NCBI GenBank assembly: GCA_019057375.1
Contig: DXJF01000129.1
Coordinates: 1 to 14,786, forward strand
Length of the DNA stretch: 14,786 bases
Direction of reading: 5' to 3'
Origin: Candidatus Heimdallarchaeota archaeon
Lineage (GTDB): Archaea > Asgardarchaeota > Heimdallarchaeia > Heimdallarchaeales > Heimdallarchaeaceae
Shown: piece after piece, positions 1 through 7,057 of the stretch
Layout: every line of letters begins with the position of its first letter
Numbering within the stretch: the stretch's first letter is position 1
Translations under genes and position numbers: made by a program
Notes under the pieces: generated by a model
The model's database searches: none
Told to the model about the DNA's origin: nothing
What the model saw: the letters and a program-made list of their open reading frames with translations, nothing else

Positions 1-1
1 C

Positions 2-946
2 TAATGTTGTTAATTGTGTTATTTTTCCTAGTATTTCTATTAATCCATGTTTCCCCATTAGTTGCAATATTTCTTCACTTACAGGTTCATTTATTTCTAT
101 TTTTGAAACTAATTCTGTTCTTATCTGGATTTTTTCCCTTACTATTTTGCTCATCTGTTCTACTTCTTCTGTTGAGTAATAGATTGGATCTAATGTTCCT
201 ATTTTTTTCTCTCTTTCTAGTTTCTCTACTTTTTCTTCTAGTTCATCTCTTTCTTTGTTTAGTATGTATACATATCTTATTACTTCATATACCATACCTA
301 TTACAAATCCCCCGAACATAGTATAAATTGTCCAGAATAACCTCCCTACTCCTGAACTCCAGATGACTAGTTTTATCTCTACCTCTTTTTCTTGTGTTGG
401 TGCATAATAAACAAAATAGTACATTCTCTTTTCTTCTAACCTAAACGTTTCATTAAATCCTCCCTGCGTTACTCTGAACTCTTGTACTTCATTTAATAAC
501 ACATATCCTGCATCTATCCAGTTTACGAATTCTTCATTTGTTGTATAGAAATAAACTATTGTTCCATCTTCAGATAGATCTACATCCATATCTATCCAGT
601 TATTTTCATACTTGTTTTCGTACCACCATACATAATATTGGTTCTGTTGTAAATTTATTGTTTCTTTGATTAGAGTATTTTTCCCATATGCTGCCACAAA
701 CATTAAAACAATTACACTAATCAGTATCACTCCAGAGATTTTTTCTCTATTCTTGTCAAGTTTTTTCAGTATTTTTCTTATTTTTTTGACTGTTCTTCTT
801 ATTCTTTCTTTCCATTTCTTTGGAATTTCAAACTCTACTATGAACCTCACCACAACTCCTTTTCCCCTCATTGTATTTCTACAATCTATTAAGAATAATA
901 ATCCCAAAATAGAAACTGAACTTTGTATTAGAATTTCTTTCCACAT
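2..946 (-). CDS. Hypothetical membrane protein, >315 aa, 3' end runs off the window (not in ORF track)
   Basis: Hand translation shows 315 codons without a stop, from ATG 946 (MWKEILIQSSVSILGLLFLID...) to the window edge. Strong SD GGAGGTGA at 951-958. Three hydrophobic segments, an aromatic-rich beta-type segment and an E/K coiled coil (LNKERDELEEKVEKLEREKK). Confidence 0.85.
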   Translation of the reverse strand, partial: MWKEILIQSSVSILGLLFLIDCRNTMRGKGVVVRFIVEFEIPKKWKERIRRTVKKIRKILKKLDKNREKISGVILISVIVLMFVAAYGKNTLIKETINLQQNQYYVWWYENKYENNWIDMDVDLSEDGTIVYFYTTNEEFVNWIDAGYVLLNEVQEFRVTQGGFNETFRLEEKRMYYFVYYAPTQEKEVEIKLVIWSSGVGRLFWTIYTMFGGFVIGMVYEVIRYVYILNKERDELEEKVEKLEREKKIGTLDPIYYSTEEVEQMSKIVREKIQIRTELVSKIEINEPVSEEILQLMGKHGLIEILGKITQLTTL

Positions 947-950
947 ATCC

Positions 951-1040
951 TCACCTCCCTATCCTTTTAATTCCATTGTGAAATATTAATTCTGAAATTC
1001 CATTGCAAGTTTTTTTCTCTCTGTTTTCTTTTTTATTCAT
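951..1040 (-). CDS. Possible 29-aa peptide (MNKKENREKKTCNGISELIFHNGIKRIGR)
   Basis: The ATG overlaps the end of the upstream 51-aa ORF, and its TGA lies in the SD of the next gene. It fills the operon gap exactly but is very short. Confidence 0.35.
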   Translation of the reverse strand: MNKKENREKKTCNGISELIFHNGIKRIGR

Positions 1041-1188
1041 TCCCTTCCCTCTTTTTCCATTTCAAACCCAAACCTATTTTTTCTCTTAATTTCCTCTCCA
1101 ATGAGCTTTCTTTGATTTGAATACCTTCTAACACAATTATACACCAAACCAACCCTAAGGTCAAAGCTACTCCTAATAGATCTATCAA
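1033..1188 (-). CDS. 51-aa single-pass membrane peptide (not in ORF track)
   Basis: TTG start preceded by GGAGGGG, with a TTGA overlap with the stop of 1185..1499. Translation: MIDLLGVALTLGLVWCIIVLEGIQIKESSLERKLREKIGLGLKWKKREGNE. Confidence 0.6.
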   Translation of the reverse strand: MIDLLGVALTLGLVWCIIVLEGIQIKESSLERKLREKIGLGLKWKKREGNE

Positions 1189-1499
1189 CTTATCCCCTCC
1201 GCTAACAAGTGTCCTATTGTCCTTTCTGTCATCTCGAACACTTTTATTATCTCTTCACTCTCATGGATCAGTTCATGTAGTTTCTTCAGTTTTATTTCCC
1301 TTCCCATTGTGTCCACGAATACTATCTCATAACTCCATGCTCTCTTCTCACTCTCTTCTATCATCCATCCCTTCTGTTCCTCGAAGAAGTTCTTCAAGAA
1401 GAATTGTAATCCGTCTACTGTTTTTATCTTCTGTCTTTTTAGTTCTATCCTTCCCTCTTTCCCTTCCACATAGATCACAAAGACCATTTTCCAGTTCAT
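1185..1499 (-). CDS. Hypothetical protein, 104 aa
   Basis: ORF track. Natural-looking composition; first gene of the coupled operon, downstream of a TATA-containing motif. Confidence 0.75.
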   Translation of the reverse strand: MNWKMVFVIYVEGKEGRIELKRQKIKTVDGLQFFLKNFFEEQKGWMIEESEKRAWSYEIVFVDTMGREIKLKKLHELIHESEEIIKVFEMTERTIGHLLAEGIS

Positions 1500-1530
1500 T
1501 TTGTCTCTATTTCATTTATTAGCACTTTTG

Positions 1531-1573
1531 TTTATAAATGTGGGAAAGTTTTTTTCTCGAGTTTATAAATCAA
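1531..1573. promoter_or_regulatory. Copy 1 of ~44-bp repeated promoter-like motif (two TTTATAAA boxes)
   Basis: TTTATAAATGTGGGAAAGTTTTTTTCTCGAGTTTATAAATCAA; similar to 3693-3736. Confidence 0.55.
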
Positions 1574-1583
1574 TTTACGAATT

Positions 1584-1672
1584 AGTGGTTGAAGCTGGCA
1601 AACCCTTAAAATTCATTCTCAATCATATAACTTATCATACTTCTTAGCTGGCTTCAACTCACTCTTTTTTCT
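1584..1672 (+). ncRNA. Stem-loop plus U-tract; candidate small RNA or terminator
   Basis: GTTGAAGCTGGC (1588-1599) pairs with GCTGGCTTCAAC (1647-1658): 12 bp with two G-U pairs on the plus strand, extended by AGTG/CACT and followed by CTTTTTTCTT. Confidence 0.35.
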
Positions 1673-2692
1673 TCATCTTATTCCTTGAAAAATCTGCTTA
1701 ATTTTCTCAAACTCAATATTTTTTCCATGTTTTTCGATTAGCTGTAATTTTGGTTTTTCATCTAGTTTTGAATGATCTATGAGTAACCCTACAAGTGTAT
1801 TAGATTTTTGAATAATGTAGGTGAATATCAACGAATTGGTCATATATTCTTTAATTTTGTCATCTGTAAGCTTGTTTCTTCTATAAAGGTCAACATTACC
1901 TCCAATTGACATCAGCACTTCATGATGCTTTTGTTCTTGAATTATTTTCTCTTGATTTATAAGATTATAAAATTGTTTTCTAGTTAAGTCTTCTAAATCC
2001 TTACTCGCTTTTTTGTAATTTTTCAGACTAACATCCCTTTCCAGTGATTTTAAAAGATAATCTACTGTATCCCACTTACTGCGATCAGAAGTGATCTCAT
2101 ATTGATATGGGTAGTTTATTATGTCATTAAAGTCAACTGAATCGAGACTAAAACCATTTTTAGGATACCAAAAATAAATTATGAAAGGCTTTTGTATTTC
2201 TTTACATGCTTTCCTTGCTAATGCTTTTCTTATGGTCCAATGAGCATAAGAAGAATTTACTATTCCTACAGCTTCATCTGCTTTTATTTTTGCTTCTTTT
2301 TCATTAAAAGAATCATCACTTCTTAGAGTAGTTTTTTCATCAAATTGTTTCATTGTTTTTCTTAAAGAATGTGTGCATTCAATTTCAAATTCCAAAATTG
2401 GATTCTTTATTTCTATATCTGTAGTTTCATCTGAGCTTGTTTGAACGAATTCTGGATTTAATGATATTAGATAATTGAATAATCTTATCTCTAACAATAT
2501 ACCTACTACATTTTCTATTTGATCGTTTAGAGTAATCCATGAAACTAATCTGTTATGAAATTCTGATTTTCTATCTTGACAACTAATTCCCTGACATTTG
2601 GATAAACATTCAGAGACAAACCCAATATTATTGTAGGCATATTTATTTTGAATTAAGTATTGTTCAAATCTTGTTAGAGAATGGTTATTCAT
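1673..2692 (-). CDS. Hypothetical protein, 339 aa; possible PD-(D/E)xK-fold nuclease-like
   Basis: ORF track. The motif LEIRLFNYL...TDIEIK...EIECT resembles the E...(P)D-x10-12-ExK/T spacing of restriction-endonuclease-like folds (inference). Confidence 0.8.
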   Translation of the reverse strand: MNNHSLTRFEQYLIQNKYAYNNIGFVSECLSKCQGISCQDRKSEFHNRLVSWITLNDQIENVVGILLEIRLFNYLISLNPEFVQTSSDETTDIEIKNPILEFEIECTHSLRKTMKQFDEKTTLRSDDSFNEKEAKIKADEAVGIVNSSYAHWTIRKALARKACKEIQKPFIIYFWYPKNGFSLDSVDFNDIINYPYQYEITSDRSKWDTVDYLLKSLERDVSLKNYKKASKDLEDLTRKQFYNLINQEKIIQEQKHHEVLMSIGGNVDLYRRNKLTDDKIKEYMTNSLIFTYIIQKSNTLVGLLIDHSKLDEKPKLQLIEKHGKNIEFEKIKQIFQGIR

Positions 2693-2713
2693 ATCCTATT
2701 ATTCTTTCTTTAA

Positions 2714-3181
2714 CTATTTAATTTGTCTGCTTTGTAACATCAATTTAATTCTTTTCCAAAAGGGAAGATATCTTTTGGTCAACTCAATATTTAGTGATAC
2801 ACTACTTTCTTCAAAAATAGGCTTATAACCACATAAAACAAATATATTATTAACTTGAGTTCCCCAATTGAGTAATACATTTCTCTTCTTTTCATCTTCT
2901 AGATTAGAATATGCTCTTGTTGAATATGAATAATTAATTTTATTTACCAAATCTGAATATATTGCCCTATGCATTTTTGTGGGTTTATATAAATGAGCAG
3001 TTAAGCTTAAAATTGTTACAACTAAATCCCGCATATAATCATAATCAAGTAAGTTTGGTTTTTCCAGTAAAGTTTTGTATTTATCTTTCAACTCTTCTGG
3101 GTAGTTCAAGCATTCTTTGACTAACTCTTTAAGGTATTCCGTTAGTTCTTCTTTACTCCCTTTCCATCCAAACCACTCCAC
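2714..3181 (-). CDS. Hypothetical protein, distal part of a longer frame (open without stop up to 3427)
   Basis: The track start is a GTG, but the frame continues 82 sense codons upstream (EIEEVKEFYKFYKSKKG...IGIGPF) to the single TGA at 3428-3430. Confidence 0.7.
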   Translation of the reverse strand: MEWFGWKGSKEELTEYLKELVKECLNYPEELKDKYKTLLEKPNLLDYDYMRDLVVTILSLTAHLYKPTKMHRAIYSDLVNKINYSYSTRAYSNLEDEKKRNVLLNWGTQVNNIFVLCGYKPIFEESSVSLNIELTKRYLPFWKRIKLMLQSRQIK

Positions 3182-3427
3182 GAATGGTCCTATTCCTATC
3201 TTTATCTCGTATCCTGATGAAGCCCAATAGACTATTTCTATTAAGTAACTCTTTATATTCCACTTCTTCCCATATTCGTTCAGTTCTCGCTCTATTTCTT
3301 TCCCTATCTCCCAAACTTTTTTTCTTGATGGTAAATTTAATGCTTTATACCTTTCTTTTATTTTCTTGCTCCTTATTCCTTTCTTTGATTTGTAGAACTT
3401 GTAAAACTCCTTTACTTCCTCTATCTC

Positions 3428-3673
3428 TCATTCTTCCTCTTTCATGCTTTCTAGAAATTCTATCGGTCTTTTCACCCATCCCCATTTACACTGGAATTTC
3501 TTGTCAAATCCTTTCTCTTCGCATCTGTTTATAACTTTTTTTAGAAACTCTTCTTTGTCTTCTATCACTTTTGGAAAGTTCAAACTTGTTTTATCCATTA
3601 TATGAGCTATGATCCTTTCATATGCTTGCTGTCTCTTTAATCCTTTTTTTGGTAAATGTAGTTCGCTCATCAT
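3428..3673 (-). CDS. Hypothetical protein, 81 aa; possibly N-terminal part of an interrupted 319-codon gene
   Basis: ORF track. Same frame as 2714..3181; the ATG lies ~21 nt from a TTTAAATA box (possible leaderless mRNA). Confidence 0.6.
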   Translation of the reverse strand: MMSELHLPKKGLKRQQAYERIIAHIMDKTSLNFPKVIEDKEEFLKKVINRCEEKGFDKKFQCKWGWVKRPIEFLESMKEEE

Positions 3674-3692
3674 CTAGTTATTTTTCATTTTC

Positions 3693-3736
3693 TATTTAAA
3701 GGTGGAAAGTTTGTTTTTCTCTAGTTTATATATCAA
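3693..3736. promoter_or_regulatory. Copy 2 of ~44-bp repeated promoter-like motif
   Basis: TATTTAAAGGTGGAAAGTTTGTTTTTCTCTAGTTTATATATCAA; its last 19 nt match copy 1 at 17/19. Confidence 0.55.
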
Positions 3737-3777
3737 ACTGCTTATTATCATTCGAGACCTAGCAAATGGTTTCAAAG

Positions 3778-3983
3778 CATATTGGATCAACCTTGCTAAG
3801 GTTGTTTACCCTTAAGCCAGTGACTTAACGGGTAGGAAGTACTGCTGAAAAAGACCCATAAGAAAACAAATCAAGCAACTAGGTAGTGGTTGCAGATTCT
3901 AGTATCTCTTTCGGTAAAATTTGTTTGACTTCTCACAAACGAAATAACCGATGGTTCCAATATGATGGGTCTAAGCAGCTTCC
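3778..3983 (+). ncRNA. Unidentified multibranched, pseudoknotted structured RNA candidate
   Basis: Helices read by eye: CAACCTT/AAGGTTG; TACCC-TTAAG/CTTAA-GGGTA; GGAAG/CTTCC; CTGCT/AGCAG; AGACCCAT/ATGGGTCT; GCAAC/GTTGC; AGAT/ATCT; TCGGT/ACCGA; GTTTG/CAAAC; pseudoknot CATATTGGA (3778-86)/TCCAATATG (3956-64). Strand inferred from the flanking TATA and U-rich tail. Confidence 0.6.
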
Positions 3984-4082
3984 ATTACTTCTTTTATGAC
4001 ACTAGTTTCCTTCTTGATGTGTTTTTATATTCTCTTTTGATTGAATCTATAAGTCGAATAAGAGTCAATCGAAAGTGATGAG

Positions 4083-6761
4083 ATGAAGGATTCCAAGAAT
4101 TTTAAAAAGAAGAAAAGTGGATTCTCTTCACTATCGTCTCATAAACCTCCTAATTATGCAAGAAGTTCTATCTTTCTCACCATATTACCATATTTTTTTG
4201 TTCTATCAGTGGGGGTGGCTACTTTTATCTTTCTTTTCCCAGAAGTTATATCAAGAGTATTTCCTTCTTTTTCATTTGATTTAGTTGCTTTTTTCACCAA
4301 TTTAGGACAAAAAATCAGTGATCCAATTCAAAGAATATTCTCAAAGGTAGGATTGACTATTATTGCAATCTCAGGAAGTTTCATTTTGGGCTGGTTCTTT
4401 TCTCCATATATAATGTCAAAAAGTAAGAACACTTTTTGTCAAAGAAAATTGTTTTTTCCTTTTTATTATAAAGTTACAAGTGTTCTATTTGTTTCTAATA
4501 CAGATACTGAAGTGTTAAGACAACCTCATCATTCTACTCTTTTTCATGCTGAATTCTTTCCATTTATTGCTGCGAGTAGCAAGACTATTCAGATGATAGT
4601 ACTGAAATATAAATCAACAGTAGGGATCTATTTCACTATTACAATGAAAGGTTTTTCCAGTAAGAAACTTACTAGTGCCATTCAACGTAAAATGCTGTAT
4701 ATAGCAAACTACCTAGACACCTATTATTCTAGAGCTAGTGAAATATTATCAGCTGAGCAAACAAAGATGCTTCTTGAGGTTTTCCATAAAATGAAATTCA
4801 AATCCTCTCTTGCTATACATCTTGAAGATATATCTCTAATGGATTTAATATACAGCACTCTCTCAAAAGAAGCTTTTACTGACAATTTTTACATATCACT
4901 TATTGCTAATAGAAAGATAAAAGGTTCAGATACTTTTCTTTTCCAGTTTGATTCCTTTTCTGATAATAAGAAAGCTTTAGAGTATTTCAGACATGCTACA
5001 GGTTTTTCTAAAAAATCCTCTTTAAGCAAAAAACAACTTGTAGAAACCGAGACAATGTCAAGGTATATTTTCATCCCTTTAAACTATCAAGGAACGTTTC
5101 CTCTTTATTCTAGTAAGATAACAACCTCTCAAGAGGATTCTCAATCCATTCTTTTAGGACATGAGAGTAGAAGTGGATTTACAGTAGATGAAATTTCAAT
5201 TGAAGCTTCCCAACTCCTATACAATACTGAAATTTATGGAATGATAGGTCAAGGAAAAACTAGATTAGTAACTAGTATTATTGACCAACTCTTGCAATAC
5301 AGTATCCCATGTTTGATATTTGATATCAAGGGAGAATATGCTGCAACTTTCGTTAATGAACCTGGTGTTGAGATCTTTACAATGGGGGAACCTCACCCTT
5401 TGTGCATCAACCTTTTTGATACTGCAAATGAAGATGATGTACGAAGCACTCTTCTCATCATTGAAGAGATGATGGCAACCTCAAATCAAGAATTCAGTCC
5501 ATCGATGAAGAATCTCTTTGAAACAGCTCTCTTCAAAACTCACCAAGACGAAGAGCGCTCCTTAGAAACTTTTGTTAACCACCTACTTACACTAGCTAAA
5601 CAAAACCGTCATATTTCCTCCATCCAGCACACTCTAGACGCAGTTCTTAACAGAATAAATTTTATCTTCAATCCAATCAATTTTGAGGTTTTAGGAGTAA
5701 ATGAAACCACCTTAGATTTTGATCTCTTAAATCAAGAAAAGAGTATCATTCTTGATCTAAGTCAATTTCAAAGAAGAGCAGCAAGACCCTCAGATATTTT
5801 TCTCATATGCAATTTGATTCTCAAGATGTTCTATCGTTTTGCTTCAGCTCAAGAGCTTACGAGTAAGTTACGTTATGTTGTCGTTTTAGAAGAAGCAATC
5901 AATATTATCCCTCATTTCTACAGAACTGAAAGTTCTGCTTCACTAATTACTGCTGAAAACAGTTTCTTACTTGGTAGATCTTTAGGTATAGGTCACGTGA
6001 CTATTTCTCAGATGTGGGACAGTGTTAGTCAAATTGTTCATGCTAATTCAGCAACAAAGATTGTTTTTCGTTCAGGAGGAAGGATTGATAAACTTACCTC
6101 AGCTTTGAATCTGCAAGAGAAAGATTTCAGTAGACTAAAGATTCTTCCAAAAAGACATTGTTTTGTAAGTGGTGATCATCAGACAATAGAAATAGTCACC
6201 TTAGACTTTTTGAAAGAACCATTGAATAGACAACAATACACTGTTTCTCTCAAGAAAAAGTATCACTATAGTAGCTATCCGTTGTTATACTCTAGTTTTA
6301 TAGCTATGAGAACATCTCTTTATGAAAAGATCTCAGAATCGAAAAAACAACCTAAGAATAAAAGTAAGCAAGAGAAATCAAAACCTACCAATGCGAATCT
6401 ACCAAATAGAAAGACTCTACAAAGTAAAAGAGATAACAAGATTGAAAATCAGGAAGCCATCATATCTTCAAGTATTCCTAAATCTGAGGAAGACAGTGTC
6501 TGTAATACTTTTTGTTCATTAAAATCACAAGAACAAACTTGTTTTGACACCAGATCCAGTGCACAAATTGTTTATTCTGTTGTATTGAAAGAATTTTCAA
6601 TGTTTGAAATTGAGCAAGCTATTCTTGGAACAACACATATTACAATAGAAGATTTGCTGAAAAAAGTTACTTTGGAGAAAAAACTGCCATATAACAGAAA
6701 TGTACTATTTTGTGCACAAAGAGAATTGATTAATTTTCTGATGGAAAAGGACTTGTCATAA
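4083..6761 (+). CDS. Membrane-anchored HerA/FtsK-superfamily (DUF87/VirB4/TrwB-like) P-loop ATPase, 892 aa
   Basis: Two N-terminal TM segments; Walker A GMIGQGKT (5238-5261); FDIKGEY; Walker B VVVLEEA; GRSLGIG..TISQ and NSATKIVFR motifs typical of HerA-family helicase-like ATPases. Confidence 0.85.
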   Translation: MKDSKNFKKKKSGFSSLSSHKPPNYARSSIFLTILPYFFVLSVGVATFIFLFPEVISRVFPSFSFDLVAFFTNLGQKISDPIQRIFSKVGLTIIAISGSFILGWFFSPYIMSKSKNTFCQRKLFFPFYYKVTSVLFVSNTDTEVLRQPHHSTLFHAEFFPFIAASSKTIQMIVLKYKSTVGIYFTITMKGFSSKKLTSAIQRKMLYIANYLDTYYSRASEILSAEQTKMLLEVFHKMKFKSSLAIHLEDISLMDLIYSTLSKEAFTDNFYISLIANRKIKGSDTFLFQFDSFSDNKKALEYFRHATGFSKKSSLSKKQLVETETMSRYIFIPLNYQGTFPLYSSKITTSQEDSQSILLGHESRSGFTVDEISIEASQLLYNTEIYGMIGQGKTRLVTSIIDQLLQYSIPCLIFDIKGEYAATFVNEPGVEIFTMGEPHPLCINLFDTANEDDVRSTLLIIEEMMATSNQEFSPSMKNLFETALFKTHQDEERSLETFVNHLLTLAKQNRHISSIQHTLDAVLNRINFIFNPINFEVLGVNETTLDFDLLNQEKSIILDLSQFQRRAARPSDIFLICNLILKMFYRFASAQELTSKLRYVVVLEEAINIIPHFYRTESSASLITAENSFLLGRSLGIGHVTISQMWDSVSQIVHANSATKIVFRSGGRIDKLTSALNLQEKDFSRLKILPKRHCFVSGDHQTIEIVTLDFLKEPLNRQQYTVSLKKKYHYSSYPLLYSSFIAMRTSLYEKISESKKQPKNKSKQEKSKPTNANLPNRKTLQSKRDNKIENQEAIISSSIPKSEEDSVCNTFCSLKSQEQTCFDTRSSAQIVYSVVLKEFSMFEIEQAILGTTHITIEDLLKKVTLEKKLPYNRNVLFCAQRELINFLMEKDLS

Positions 6762-6767
6762 AATTTC

Positions 6768-6862
6768 TTTGGGGTTTTTAAGGTGAAGTGCATTCTAGTA
6801 TGCAGATAGGCAAGAATTACACTCAAAACCCAAACCCGTAATTCTTCGCTTATCACCTAAAA
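6768..6862. other. Structured element upstream of tnpB (candidate left end or ncRNA)
   Basis: AGGTGA/TCACCT encloses TGCAT/ATGCA and AAGAATTAC/GTAATTCTT hairpins; the loop CCCAAA/AAAACCC can pair with upstream TTTGGGGTTTT. Confidence 0.4.
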
Positions 6863-6944
6863 GGAAAAGGAGATGAAAAAAGAGATTAGGTAGTTCTTCT
6901 GAAATCTTATTCGAATTCCTGGAGCAATTGTACACGTAGAAACT

Positions 6945-6997
6945 ATCGTTGGTTCCTCTACTAGTTTCGGATTGAGTCTAGAAGAGGAACCAATGAT
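6945..6997. repeat. Long inverted repeat/hairpin
   Basis: ATCGTTGGTTCCTCT-A-CTAG...CTAG-A-AGAGGAACCAATGAT, with a perfect 11-bp core. Confidence 0.7.
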
Positions 6998-7057
6998 TTT
7001 GATTTTTCGAAAGAGGTTCAGTGTTTATCAACACTTACAATTTTGGAGGTAAAAATC

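Larger units (their letters stand above)
1..3736 (-). mobile_element. Putative integrated virus/MGE-like accessory segment (left end beyond window)
   Basis: All real ORFs are on one strand, are short and overlap (TTGA and ATG-AAT-AA overlaps). The coding strand is very purine-rich and no housekeeping gene is recognisable. No integrase, capsid or att site is seen in the window. Confidence 0.4.

Noticed and set aside
4-1522. Plus-strand ORFs 4..321, 666..989 and 1217..1522 (and 3184..3534)
   Set aside because: Leu/Phe/Ser-rich antisense shadows of purine-rich minus-strand genes that have proper SDs.
3428-3430. Selenocysteine recoding of the TGA
   Set aside because: Acidic coiled context with no redox motif, and no SECIS recognised.
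3835-4070. Group I intron/IStron reading of the structured RNA (P4/P5-like A-rich loop)
   Set aside because: No convincing P7 (GACUA/UAGUC) pairing, no P6, and no interrupted host gene.
6873-7050. tnpA remnant or tiny ORF (MKKEIR) upstream of tnpB
   Set aside because: No HUH/Y1 or serine-recombinase motifs in the plus-strand frames I translated (minus strand not fully checked).
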